Below are positions 37,906 to 47,305 of a stretch of DNA of 64,000 nucleotides, one piece after another. The position numbers and the translations under genes were made by a program. The stretch lies in IMG/VR virus record IMGVR_UViG_3300044712_002657; one strand, written 5' to 3'. The notes beneath the pieces are model-generated. The model saw only the letters and a list, made by a program, of their open reading frames with translations. It was not told where the DNA came from and did no database searches. Origin of the DNA: an uncultured virus (IMG/VR IMGVR_UViG_3300044712_002657) (taxonomy: Duplodnaviria > Heunggongvirae > Uroviricota > Caudoviricetes). How positions within the stretch are numbered: the stretch's first letter is position 1; each line of letters opens with the position of its first letter.

Positions 37906-39186
37906 TCAGCAGACTACTTCGACCGGAATGTGAGCAGGTCCATCCATACCGCTTACGATATTACACAAATCTCTTTTCATTCCTTCCCACGTCCGTTCCT
38001 TTGCATAAGCCATACATTTCTCACGCAGGACGGACTTCTCCGTTTCTGTCGCTCGTCCGGCTTGCAGTAAAGCCATGGCAAGGTCCTCGACAACGATCAT
38101 GTTATTGATATGGTCAGGTGGGCATATCTCGACCCTGTTCTTTACCGCCCATCCGCGAGAAGCCAGTCCTGCATGCCCTTCTGTCGCCCCAAGATGCTCC
38201 GTCATTACCGAAGCATTACTGGCAATCAGCGGCAAACCGCACGCCATGCCCTCAACCAGTGGCAAGCCATAACCTTCGTGGTGTGTTGCTGTTACAAAAA
38301 AGTCAGAGGCGTTGTACTCATCCGCTAAAACGGAGTCTGGCGGGGCGTCAAAGACCGAGACGGAATTCTTCGAAAATTCAAAATAGCTGGCGACACCCAA
38401 CTTCTCAGCGATTCCTTCAAGATCGAAAATGGACGCCTCCTGGCGGTTTGAGGCGTTTAGATTCGTATGAATATAAAACTTCATCTGCTTGCCAGTTACT
38501 TCGTTAAATGAAAGGGCAATTCTTTGCGCCGCCAACATGATCGCCGGAATGTTCTTCCGCCACGTATTTTGGGCAACAGTTACGAATCTAACACAGTCTC
38601 CAAGGTTCCTTTCTGTCCTCAAACGGTCCCTTGTTACGTCATCGAACCTCTTGAACACATTGTCAGTTCCGTAAGGAACGACCTGTACTGGATTTTCACA
38701 GTACTGCTGAAGAACGTCCGCACCAAACACACTCGGGACGGCGACGGCATCGGCGTACTTAAAAATCGACTTCATTTTGGATTCGATATTGACGGTATCG
38801 ACCGTCAAGTACGGAACCCATTTGAACGAAAAGTCCAGTTTTATCTTCAGGGGCTGGATGTAATAGAAGTCAAAATAGTCGCCAATGGTAAAGACGATAT
38901 CTGGTTTGTACATCGTAATTGCGTCGTACATGGCTCTGACTTCGTCCATGTTTGCTCGCCTTTTCGGCATGCACGCCAACTGAAGCTGGACGCCGTTCGA
39001 GTTGTAAAACAACTCCGGTAGTTTCTCGCCCATCCTGGCGCGTTGCAGAGTCTCGGCGTCGTAGCCGTGCCAGCAGCAAGGCAGTACATCATGACCCGCC
39101 GCGACGAAGCCGTCGATAACGTGTCGATGAACCCGAGCCAAACCTGAAAACAACAGGGGGCTGTCACTTACAGTCATGATTTTCAC
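37906..39186 (-). CDS. GT4 (GT-B) glycosyltransferase
   Basis: SDSP..SGLARV, RKN, YNASD..HEGYGLPLVEGMACGLP; GTG start with GAGG SD. Confidence 0.88.
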   Translation of the reverse strand: MKIMTVSDSPLLFSGLARVHRHVIDGFVAAGHDVLPCCWHGYDAETLQRARMGEKLPELFYNSNGVQLQLACMPKRRANMDEVRAMYDAITMYKPDIVFTIGDYFDFYYIQPLKIKLDFSFKWVPYLTVDTVNIESKMKSIFKYADAVAVPSVFGADVLQQYCENPVQVVPYGTDNVFKRFDDVTRDRLRTERNLGDCVRFVTVAQNTWRKNIPAIMLAAQRIALSFNEVTGKQMKFYIHTNLNASNRQEASIFDLEGIAEKLGVASYFEFSKNSVSVFDAPPDSVLADEYNASDFFVTATHHEGYGLPLVEGMACGLPLIASNASVMTEHLGATEGHAGLASRGWAVKNRVEICPPDHINNMIVVEDLAMALLQAGRATETEKSVLREKCMAYAKERTWEGMKRDLCNIVSGMDGPAHIPVEVVC

Positions 39187-39197
39187 AAAGTCACCTC

Positions 39198-40115
39198 TTA
39201 CGTGATGAACGGTCCCTCGCGGCAAATGAGTTCTTTACCAAACCAAGTAATTTGCGACGCCTTTAAGAAGGTGCCGTTCTCGCCAGGTACATATCCATAG
39301 TCAATACTTTCAGGCCGAGTATCGTACAACATTCTGCGGACCCTGATGAACTCCGCCTGCCGGGACATCAGATAGTCAAAATTCGCCGGACTGTACAACT
39401 CCAACTGTGTAGAAGATAATACTGTCTTGACGTACGACTCTTGTTGGCTCGGTCGCGGTGCAGCGTCACGCAAATAGCCTATTGCCGTCTGTGACGTAGC
39501 AAGGTCGCTTGCAAAAGCACTCGTATCCGCAATGGTAACGACTGTCCCTCCGGCGTTGAAGTCGGCTGTTAACGGATGACTTTCGCCGTCGATGATAGGA
39601 CGAATATGGTCGATCAGGACTTCTCGAATTTGTTGGGTCAGCTTCGGCAGGAAGATGTTCGACTGCTCAAAATTGTCAGCCAGAACATACGCTCGGATTG
39701 CGACACGATACTCGTGACTGGTTCCTCGCAGCGTCATCCATTCGTTGCTTTCCTGTTGAGGCTCAATGGTTATGACGGGAAAGCTTGGGTTTTGATGGAT
39801 GTCGCCAATATGAATTCGCTTGATGATCTGGTGATTGATAGCCTTTTGGATATAGGAATTTTCAGAAACTTTCCAACCACGGACTGTAGGCGACTGGAGC
39901 AGAATCGTCTTATCGTCTATGATTTGACGAATGCTCGTTACTTCGCCGAACCCTACCGTTTCCGATATGATGTAAATTTCGTCGCCTTCACGGAAACGAC
40001 TTGTGTTTGGAACAGTAGCTAGAGTATCGCCCAAAGACATGTCCGCCGACAAGCTCTCTGTTGCGGCGAGATGGTCAATCAGGAGTGTCCGAAGGCTCGT
40101 TAGGATCTTATCCAT
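39198..40115 (-). CDS. Neck/tail-completion-like protein with two inserted beta domains
   Basis: FPVITIEP..E core, located between head-tail adaptor and tube genes. Confidence 0.5.
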   Translation of the reverse strand: MDKILTSLRTLLIDHLAATESLSADMSLGDTLATVPNTSRFREGDEIYIISETVGFGEVTSIRQIIDDKTILLQSPTVRGWKVSENSYIQKAINHQIIKRIHIGDIHQNPSFPVITIEPQQESNEWMTLRGTSHEYRVAIRAYVLADNFEQSNIFLPKLTQQIREVLIDHIRPIIDGESHPLTADFNAGGTVVTIADTSAFASDLATSQTAIGYLRDAAPRPSQQESYVKTVLSSTQLELYSPANFDYLMSRQAEFIRVRRMLYDTRPESIDYGYVPGENGTFLKASQITWFGKELICREGPFIT

Positions 40116-40413
40116 TCAGAATCTCCATGATGTCTTTCTGGATCTTCTTTCGGATGATAGCGAGGCGAGAAATCAGTTTAGCATCGCGCTCTAACTTTGC
40201 TTGGCGTAATGTACTTGCCAAGGGCTTGAGTCCGCGTAGCTCTTTGTCCATCCTCGCACCAATAAGTTTCGCGAAAGCGTCCAAGGAGTCGCCCATCCCC
40301 TTGTCCTTTCTCGCGAGATCGCCCGCCGACTTGGCGAGGCGCGGCATCTTCTCGACGTATTCCGAGACCTTAGCCAACCTTTCTGCAAACTCTGCAAACG
40401 TCATATCAGCCAT
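40108..40413 (-). CDS. Hypothetical protein (neck module)
   Basis: Basic 101-aa ORF, translationally coupled at both ends. Confidence 0.6.
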   Translation of the reverse strand: MADMTFAEFAERLAKVSEYVEKMPRLAKSAGDLARKDKGMGDSLDAFAKLIGARMDKELRGLKPLASTLRQAKLERDAKLISRLAIIRKKIQKDIMEILNG

Positions 40414-41132
40414 TACTGTTGCCCTTTGAAGAATTCTTCGGGCTTAGCTCGGATAGAAATAACGTCATCAAGGCTTGGGTCGTAATACCTTCTTCCGACG
40501 TAGTCGCCAGCGTCGGCAACATCCAACCGAAGGACTCCGGACAGAACGAGATTCAGGTCCTCAAGTGCTTTCGCCCTCAAAGCCTTTCCGAAATCAGATT
40601 GATTGCCTTGAACTTGGGCAGCGAAATGCTTGTCGTAGATAGTCGCCGCAGCGAGACGTGCGCTGATCAGCGGAATTGGGTCGGGAAAGCGGATGTATTC
40701 GATACTGGTATTTGAAGCCAGGTAGCTGTCCAACAACGGGTCAGCTAGGGTCAAAGTGTTGACATTCGGGACTGCCGAGATGGCGACGGCTTGTTCGTTA
40801 TCGTCGTCTCGGATAAGAATCGTGTCACCTTCGATGAACCGCGAGGTATCGGCGATAATCAGGGATGTATCGCCTGTAATTGCGTCTTCTTCCAAGGCGT
40901 AACTGCCGAGGTTGACGCGCTTTAACGGGGTTCGATAGAGAGCAGACAAGGCGGCATCAATTTGCTGATCCGCCCAACGGATATATTGAAACATCTGGTC
41001 GTTTGTAACGGAGTCGGAAAGTTTATTGCCGATTGACGTTATAGGGACAAGCATCGCCGGAGTAGACGGGCTTCCTTGAGACAAGGCGTTGGCAAGAGCC
41101 AACGCAACTTCCGCTTTAGTGCTATACGCCAT
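40413..41132 (-). CDS. Head-tail adaptor (Mu gp36/DUF1320-like) with inserted beta domain
   Basis: MAYST..EV, ADQQIDAAL..LY..PL, P.PI..ISARLAA..IY, A..DL..V..G. Confidence 0.7.
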   Translation of the reverse strand: MAYSTKAEVALALANALSQGSPSTPAMLVPITSIGNKLSDSVTNDQMFQYIRWADQQIDAALSALYRTPLKRVNLGSYALEEDAITGDTSLIIADTSRFIEGDTILIRDDDNEQAVAISAVPNVNTLTLADPLLDSYLASNTSIEYIRFPDPIPLISARLAAATIYDKHFAAQVQGNQSDFGKALRAKALEDLNLVLSGVLRLDVADAGDYVGRRYYDPSLDDVISIRAKPEEFFKGQQ

Positions 41133-41161
41133 AATCCGGCCTCCGGTTTCCTACAATACTG

Positions 41162-41187
41162 TTCTGCAAAAAGGCCGGAAGACCCTT
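41162..41187 (-). promoter_or_regulatory. Putative late promoter AAGG-N19-GAA with anti-SD spacer
   Basis: Spacer TCCGGCCT is complementary to downstream AGGCCGGA, which overlaps the GGAGG SD. Confidence 0.7.
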
Positions 41188-41188
41188 G

Positions 41189-41965
41189 CTATCGCTTGGT
41201 CAGTCTTTCGAGAAGAGGGTCCTCAACCTTCTTTGCTTCGCTGACAACGATGCCGGACTTTCCGCCAGTCCTGTTTGCAACACTTTCAGGAATCTGAGTT
41301 GGCTTGACTTGTCCATCTCCGAACAACGGGCAGGAAACCTCACCCCATTCATTCTTTTCAAGCGATTCGACGATTCTTTCCCGAATGACTCTTTCGACAG
41401 CATCTTTTCGAGTTTCGCCTTCCTTAAGCAACAGATTACCGTCTGATGCTGCTTCTAGGGCAGACAAACACAAACGGATGTCACTATCCTCAGCAACTGT
41501 CGGCAGAGTACGTACGCCAGCGGCATCCGGAACCCTTTGCGTAGCTCTCGTATCTCCAGACCTCGATCCACGGCAATCCAAGGGTGCTCCATTTTTGCCA
41601 TACCTGATTCTGAGACCATAACTTCTGCGTGGCGCGAAGAGATTTGAGGCTTGGTAGAACTTACCGCCGATCCACGCAAGGACCTTTGCTACGACCCGTC
41701 CGAGAACAGTGCCAACTTTAGCTCCCGCTCCCATTTTCGGTTCTTCGACGTAGAGATGATTCTCTTTGAGGGCGATCGCTGCCGTAACAATGTTTTCGCA
41801 CCGTTTTACGAACTCTTCCTTTGAAGCGTAGATCGCCTTCTGGCGTTTCTCAAAAGCGTCTTCTGGCGTCAGCGGCTTTGCCGGAGGAACGGATTGAACG
41901 ATCTTGCGGGCACCGAATTCTTCGGTTTCTACATTGGTCTGAACTGGATAGTTGTCAAAGCTCAT
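41189..41965 (-). CDS. Hypothetical protein
   Basis: 258-aa ORF downstream of the actin-like gene. Confidence 0.6.
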   Translation of the reverse strand: MSFDNYPVQTNVETEEFGARKIVQSVPPAKPLTPEDAFEKRQKAIYASKEEFVKRCENIVTAAIALKENHLYVEEPKMGAGAKVGTVLGRVVAKVLAWIGGKFYQASNLFAPRRSYGLRIRYGKNGAPLDCRGSRSGDTRATQRVPDAAGVRTLPTVAEDSDIRLCLSALEAASDGNLLLKEGETRKDAVERVIRERIVESLEKNEWGEVSCPLFGDGQVKPTQIPESVANRTGGKSGIVVSEAKKVEDPLLERLTKR

Positions 41966-41982
41966 GGCTTATTCCCTTTCAA

Positions 41983-43119
41983 TTAAAGTTGATCCAGAAC
42001 GTCTTTTGCAGCCGTCATCTTCTTGGCCGCCTGCTTGGCGCGGATGTAACACCCCTTCGCGACGGATTGAAGCATCTTCTTCTGGTCTCCGCCGCCTGCT
42101 AGTCGCACTTCTGAAATCTCAAATGGGAAGTTCATGCGACTGAGGATTTTCTTAACCTTCTTGTCGAACCCTGGCGGACACGCGGTGCCGCCGGCAAGGA
42201 CAACGTCAATTGGATGCTCGATAGATCCCTTGGTGCTGCCAAACCGTTTTGCGAAGGACGAGAAAACGTAGTTGATCAGGTCCTCGTAGTAGCATTCCAG
42301 AGCCAAGAGAACGTCGTAGCTTTCATCTGAAGGATCGAGGTTGTCAATAGTGTTGAAGTTCAGCTTCTTCTCTTTGACGCGAAGTACTTTTGTCTTCGGC
42401 TGACCCGTCATTCTGGCGACCTGGTTGTCAATCCAATCTCCCGAGCGGGCGACTGAGAACTCATCCAACGGGACGCCACGCTCTGCAAGGCAGAAATTGA
42501 CCATGCCTGCGCCAAAGGACAGACCAAATCCGGTAAACGGAATGTCGCCTTCGGGGGAGTGCATCTTTGGGTTTTCTCCGAAGACGACTGCCAAGCCTTC
42601 TCCGATTGGACGAGCGTCGAAGCCAAGACCGTTCAAGTACTTCTCTGCCATCTTGGAATGAAACAGGTTGTTGATGGTCGAGTCGGTCGGGTTCGCCGGA
42701 ACCGAGAAGTACAGAATCTCGCCTTCTCGTGCGGGTCCGACGTCCTTTTCTACGCATGCCTTCATCAGGGCGCGGAGGATAGACAACGAAACCTTTGGGG
42801 AATCTGGATTCAGGATACCGTCTTTCATGGGGCGCTTAAGGATTTCGCCTGTCGCCTTCAGTTCTGAACTGATCTCTGCCATGCCAGCTTGGATGTAAGC
42901 CTGGTCGCCGAGAACGTAAATCTTGTCGCCTTCCTTGATGTATTGACACTGTTGCTGCTTCAACTGGTCTTCGAACTCTTCGACAAACGGAACCTCTCGA
43001 TAGCAGTCGCGGACTTGGGTCGATACAATGCCCTTTCCGTCAACCGAATCTCGCATGCCTTGCAGGAACATAGTTCCGAGGTCAAGCGCCGCAGCGGACA
43101 CATTTTCAGTCATAATCAT
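41983..43119 (-). CDS. Actin-like (ASKHA fold; MreB/MamK/FtsA-like) ATPase
   Basis: Phosphate-1 ALDLGT, RPMKDGI, FSVPA.P, connect-1 GEGLAVV, phosphate-2 SFGAGMVN, SGDWID, adenosine motif VVLAGGTA..PGF, connect-2 VAKG. Confidence 0.85.
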   Translation of the reverse strand: MIMTENVSAAALDLGTMFLQGMRDSVDGKGIVSTQVRDCYREVPFVEEFEDQLKQQQCQYIKEGDKIYVLGDQAYIQAGMAEISSELKATGEILKRPMKDGILNPDSPKVSLSILRALMKACVEKDVGPAREGEILYFSVPANPTDSTINNLFHSKMAEKYLNGLGFDARPIGEGLAVVFGENPKMHSPEGDIPFTGFGLSFGAGMVNFCLAERGVPLDEFSVARSGDWIDNQVARMTGQPKTKVLRVKEKKLNFNTIDNLDPSDESYDVLLALECYYEDLINYVFSSFAKRFGSTKGSIEHPIDVVLAGGTACPPGFDKKVKKILSRMNFPFEISEVRLAGGGDQKKMLQSVAKGCYIRAKQAAKKMTAAKDVLDQL

Positions 43120-43153
43120 TCTCCCTGTTCAGATTCATTTACATTATACAGTG

Positions 43154-43801
43154 CTAATTACCAATCCCAAGCTCGTCTAACGCTTCGAGCGACTTTTCAA
43201 GATCAACGCCTTCATGAGAAATACTCTCTCCCAAATTCTTGCAATTCTTCTCCAGCCTTTTGTCCCGTGCTGCCAAAATCCTATCTTGAACTGCGATCTC
43301 AGACTCTGAAGCCCCGCTCTCTGCCAAATCTGCCAACGCCGCGCGCTGCTCTGCGATTTCTTTCCGCTCAACGCTGATGTTCTTCATTGCTTCGCCAACA
43401 ACGTTGACGTGCAAAGGGAACTTCTTGGACATGGCTCGTATTTCTTCCAAAACGTCGCGTGTCATCTGTTGGGTCTCAGCAACCTTCTGTTCGAGCGCAG
43501 AGATTTTTTCATTCTGTTCTGTTTGGGCTTGAGTCGCCTGTTGGGAGACGTCTGTTATCTTGAGCAAGGCATCGTTGACTTGTTGAGCGATCTTGGGATC
43601 GAGTTGCCCTTGACGGGCATCTTTGGCGATTTCCTTAAGCGGGCTATTTCTTTGGGCGAGCAAGACTTTCAAATCGGTAGACCGCTCTGCGTTGTCTCTG
43701 CCGATGATATCCAAATCGCGAATCTGTTGAGGACCAAACGTCAAGTTTATGTCTGTGATGATAATGGTCCCGCTACTGGCATTCTTTATAACCCAAGCCA
43801 T
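43154..43801 (-). CDS. Coiled-coil protein with small N-terminal domain
   Basis: 215 aa with Q/E/K-rich heptads; AAGGAG SD. Confidence 0.7.
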   Translation of the reverse strand: MAWVIKNASSGTIIITDINLTFGPQQIRDLDIIGRDNAERSTDLKVLLAQRNSPLKEIAKDARQGQLDPKIAQQVNDALLKITDVSQQATQAQTEQNEKISALEQKVAETQQMTRDVLEEIRAMSKKFPLHVNVVGEAMKNISVERKEIAEQRAALADLAESGASESEIAVQDRILAARDKRLEKNCKNLGESISHEGVDLEKSLEALDELGIGN

Positions 43802-43802
43802 G

Positions 43803-44138
43803 CTAAAGATGCTCCTTTTCTGGCTCTAGCGCATCGAGAAAGACGATGTCGCCTGGAAAGCGCTCGATCAGGGCCTCTATTTCCTTCTGCTCGTCAATAG
43901 TCGCTTTGTCTAGAGATAAGAGGTACTTAAGCCTTTTCTTGTCTCTTTCCTGCGGATTTTCCGCCTGAGCACATCTCGGGCATTGAAAACCATTGATGAG
44001 GTTCTGCTTCTCGGTACTCGCGCTGCCACCATGAGCAAAACAAAGATATGGATGCGGAGGTTCGGCCCCCGCCCAATATGTTAACTTATCGGATACAGTC
44101 TTGAACACCCTAGCGATAAACAGCAAGAATCTTCTCAT
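43803..44138 (-). CDS. Hypothetical protein (C..H / CPRC motif)
   Basis: ATGA overlap; 111 aa. Confidence 0.6.
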   Translation of the reverse strand: MRRFLLFIARVFKTVSDKLTYWAGAEPPHPYLCFAHGGSASTEKQNLINGFQCPRCAQAENPQERDKKRLKYLLSLDKATIDEQKEIEALIERFPGDIVFLDALEPEKEHL

Positions 44139-44782
44139 GATGATTCAACCTTCAAACTTTCTGGAGATCCGTTGTGCGTAATCATTCTCACGTCCAGTCT
44201 TGATAGTTCGCCAGCAACATAGGGCGAAAAACCCTCAGCAACTACGGCTGCGCTCACTGTATCCCACATTCCAAGAGACATGTCCAACTCTAGAGCCAGT
44301 CGATACTTGTCGATCTGCGACCCAACAGCCGACTTCGCCTCTCCGATCTTAACCTCAACAGCGCAAACGTGCCTTCCGTCCCTTACGACAAAGTCACACC
44401 TTCCGTACGGAGTCATCTCATACTCATGAATCATCGTCGCCTTCGGTCCGACATTCAGGCGTTCAAAGAGCAGTCTACTTCCGGACCTTGTCATGAGCTT
44501 CTTATGAAACTCGACTTCTGGTAGCGTACTCTCGGCAATAGGCGAACTGATGTTCGGAGTCGCCTGTCCGGTTCCGTACAGCCTTCCGAAAAAACCGTTA
44601 TTGATATTTGAGCGAATGATCTCGAACCGTTTGTATTGCGCTGGACCAATCTCAGCTTCGATAGAAGTACGTTCGCCCTCATCCTCTAGCATTCCAAGCA
44701 TAAGCTTGGCACGCTCGCGGTCGTTCGTCAAGTAAGCCGTATGCAGCTTCCAAAAAATTGCGTCTACCAGACCATGTTTCAT
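44135..44782 (-). CDS. PD-(D/E)XK nuclease (NucS C-terminal-like)
   Basis: HEY..GRCDFV..AVEVKIG..QIDKY; CTGTATAAT lies 6 nt before the ATG. Confidence 0.7.
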   Translation of the reverse strand: MKHGLVDAIFWKLHTAYLTNDRERAKLMLGMLEDEGERTSIEAEIGPAQYKRFEIIRSNINNGFFGRLYGTGQATPNISSPIAESTLPEVEFHKKLMTRSGSRLLFERLNVGPKATMIHEYEMTPYGRCDFVVRDGRHVCAVEVKIGEAKSAVGSQIDKYRLALELDMSLGMWDTVSAAVVAEGFSPYVAGELSRLDVRMITHNGSPESLKVESS

Positions 44783-44814
44783 TCCGGAATTATACAGCTT
44801 GTGCTTGAATCTCC

Positions 44815-44842
44815 TTGACTTGACGATCTTATGTGCTATGAT
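44815..44842 (+). promoter_or_regulatory. sigma70-type promoter TTGACT-N16-TATGAT
   Basis: Divergent intergenic site with 16-nt spacer. Confidence 0.65.
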
Positions 44843-44859
44843 TCAGCATGGAGGCGACG

Positions 44860-45054
44860 ATGGACAACGATATTGCAGCAGCAGCAAAAGCCATAAAGAC
44901 TTGCGCAGTAGCGCATGGCTTGACATTACAGGAAGCGTTCGACGAAATGGCAGAGCATTGCAAGCGGCGTCAGCTTTGGGGAAGTATGCCGGACGAGTAC
45001 GATCCGGCAAAAGACCCCTCTCATCCCAACTTTATTCCGCCCTGTGGCTGTTGA
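44860..45054 (+). CDS. Small hypothetical protein
   Basis: GGAGG SD before ATG 44860; has its own promoter. Confidence 0.6.
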   Translation: MDNDIAAAAKAIKTCAVAHGLTLQEAFDEMAEHCKRRQLWGSMPDEYDPAKDPSHPNFIPPCGC

Positions 45055-45484
45055 AATCGGTTCCGTAATTTTCGCTTTGAATTGTCGGGACCTGAGATAC
45101 CGGAATACCAAAAGCAGGCAACTCAGAAAGAATCTCCGCAGCGATCGCCCTGATTGATTCGATTGGAAGGCTGATCGGCTTCGCTGGTCTTTCCGTTTTG
45201 TTGATCTGTTCAATCGCGGCTTTGACCAACCAAATTCCGTCTTCAATTCGAATGGATCTGTTCTCAGGCGAGAACATTTGGAGGTTCTTGGGACTCCACT
45301 TCTTTTTAGCAAGATCCACCATTATTTGCGTCAACTTCTGTCCGATTGGCGAGTCAAGAAGTCCAGCGAGAACTCTTTTGGCGGCACTTGCAACAATCTG
45401 CCCGATGTTCTCAGAAGTGGCGAATTCAACCTTTAGTGCGAACTTGCAGTTTTGCAAGACCCAGGATTGTTCTTTCTTGACCAT
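45032..45484 (-). CDS. Hypothetical protein
   Basis: 150-aa ORF in operon. Confidence 0.6.
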   Translation of the reverse strand: MVKKEQSWVLQNCKFALKVEFATSENIGQIVASAAKRVLAGLLDSPIGQKLTQIMVDLAKKKWSPKNLQMFSPENRSIRIEDGIWLVKAAIEQINKTERPAKPISLPIESIRAIAAEILSELPAFGIPVSQVPTIQSENYGTDFNSHRAE

Positions 45485-45493
45485 GTTGTAACC

Positions 45494-46099
45494 CTACCTT
45501 GGGATATACCACTTGAATCTGGATAACGCAGACTTCCCTGCCTGCTCTCCATGAGATTCTGGAACCGACGCCATGCTCCCTTGTCCGGTCTCTAGTATCT
45601 TGTGCAACTCTTTCTGGAAGTCCAAGGCGTGTTCGCGTTCGTGCGGGATAGTCTCCCATAAAAGTTTGGCGATCTCTTGCTCGATTTTCTTTCCGATCTC
45701 TGGTGTAAATTTCGCTTCAATCCCTTTAGATGACGCCGAAGCCGCTTCGTTCCGGACCGCCTTTGAAACCGCTTCGATCATCGCTGATTCGTTGACAAAT
45801 AGCGTATGCGGCTGATTGGAGAAAGTCTCCCCAAAAGCACCTGCCAAGGGGGCGACCTTGATGGTCGTTATCGGGAAGAAATAGCTGCCGCCGAATACGC
45901 GCTCCAACGCCTGCTTGACGGCCGCAATAGAAACATTGAGGTTAATACTCCCCTCAACTCCAGGAATCCTCATTACCAACATCGGGGTATCACCAACGAT
46001 GTCTACGTTTGGAGTCCCGAACTTCGACGGATCTTCGCCAGGAGCGAACATCCGCGCATCTTCCTGCTGAGCTTTCTTTAGCGGTTTGTACCAATTCAC
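45494..46099 (-). CDS. Hypothetical protein with MNWYK..KKAQ leader and HExxH motif
   Basis: N-terminal WY/KKAQ; HEREH zincin-like motif. Confidence 0.65.
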   Translation of the reverse strand: MNWYKPLKKAQQEDARMFAPGEDPSKFGTPNVDIVGDTPMLVMRIPGVEGSINLNVSIAAVKQALERVFGGSYFFPITTIKVAPLAGAFGETFSNQPHTLFVNESAMIEAVSKAVRNEAASASSKGIEAKFTPEIGKKIEQEIAKLLWETIPHEREHALDFQKELHKILETGQGSMASVPESHGEQAGKSALSRFKWYIPR

Positions 46100-46434
46100 G
46101 CTGGTTTAGTCCTGATAACGGGGGAAAATCTATAGCTCGCCATCCAAGCTTCGCGCTCCTGAGGTGTCATTTTGGCAAGAATGGCTTTCAAGGTACAACA
46201 AGGCTGTTCTTCTAGGCGTCGAAGAACCTCTTGCTCTTTTTCTTGCGGTGTCATCAGAGGCTTCTTCTCGTACTGCCTGATCAGGTTTTCTCTTTGAATC
46301 TGTTCTTCGATGTTTTCTCGGACGTAACGGTACTGCCCTGCGCTGACGACAAGGTAGACCTTGCCGCCATAAGCGATACTGAGGGATGTTCCCTTGCTTG
46401 GAAACTGGCACTCTTGCGTTGTTCTTTCTCGCAT
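46096..46434 (-). CDS. Small protein, YRF-motif paralog 1
   Basis: C-terminal LAKMTPQEREAWMASYRFS. Confidence 0.6.
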   Translation of the reverse strand: MRERTTQECQFPSKGTSLSIAYGGKVYLVVSAGQYRYVRENIEEQIQRENLIRQYEKKPLMTPQEKEQEVLRRLEEQPCCTLKAILAKMTPQEREAWMASYRFSPVIRTKPA

Positions 46435-46730
46435 TACGAAATATCCCTATTTGTCCCGACATAGTTCTTGTTGTTTGTAAGATTGTGAATCCATGAGAAT
46501 CTATACTGAGCCTTAAAGGTCTCCAATTCTTGCGGCGTCATTTGTGCCAAAATCTGTTGAAGGTCTTCTTTGCATGTTATTACGTGCTCAACGCCGTCTT
46601 TGTCCGCGATAGTAACGACGCGCCGCATTAGCGGTAAATCCCATGCATTAAGTGTCGTTCTTCCGTATACATCTAGAGCCGAAAAGTCAGGACGTCTTGG
46701 GGGCTTTGGGGTACCTATTTTTATCGCCAT
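46434..46730 (-). CDS. Small protein, YRF-motif paralog 2
   Basis: C-terminal LAQMTPQELETFKAQYRFS. Confidence 0.65.
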   Translation of the reverse strand: MAIKIGTPKPPRRPDFSALDVYGRTTLNAWDLPLMRRVVTIADKDGVEHVITCKEDLQQILAQMTPQELETFKAQYRFSWIHNLTNNKNYVGTNRDIS

Positions 46731-47028
46731 TTGGTTTCACCTTATATCGTTCCAATTGTTCGGATATTTGGTCAACCTTCTCCGCCAGTTCCTTAACTTC
46801 GTACAAACTCATGTTTTGGACTCTTTCCGTCGCCGGCAACGTTTGTATTGCTCTTCGAATGTCTCCTCTCCAACGGGCTACGATGTCTTCCAAGCCGTTA
46901 CTGGTCGCAGCCTTTTTGTACTCGACGATCTTCTCAATTAGTTTTTTACGTTCGCCGTTGAGAAACTGTCCATGGAAAGTGTTCCCATGACTATCGGCCA
47001 ACTTGGTCATCTTCGAGTACCATTCCAT
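46687..47028 (-). CDS. Hypothetical protein with MEWYSK..KLA leader
   Basis: AGGAG SD; 113 aa. Confidence 0.65.
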   Translation of the reverse strand: MEWYSKMTKLADSHGNTFHGQFLNGERKKLIEKIVEYKKAATSNGLEDIVARWRGDIRRAIQTLPATERVQNMSLYEVKELAEKVDQISEQLERYKVKPNGDKNRYPKAPKTS

Positions 47029-47038
47029 GGTCCAACTC

Positions 47039-47305
47039 CTATGGGATATCCATTGTCTGCTGAGTAAGCGGTATCGTGCGGTCTTTGATATCCGCGCGGC
47101 ACCTGATTCCCATAAACCTGTATCGTGCCTTAAACTTCTCTTGCTCCTCGACCGACAACTCAGCGAAGTTTGCCGGCAGGACGATAGGCTCTTCCATCGA
47201 GATCAAAGGCACGTGATCCAATGGCTTGTCAGTCCTATAGTCAGGAATAATGTCGGCTGTAGGCATAATCGGCTGCGGAACGGATTCCGAAATCTTGATA
47301 GGCAC
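47039..47305 (-). CDS. Small protein, YRF-motif paralog 3
   Basis: FAELSVEEQEKFKARYRFM; GGAGG SD. Confidence 0.65.
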   Translation of the reverse strand: MPIKISESVPQPIMPTADIIPDYRTDKPLDHVPLISMEEPIVLPANFAELSVEEQEKFKARYRFMGIRCRADIKDRTIPLTQQTMDIP

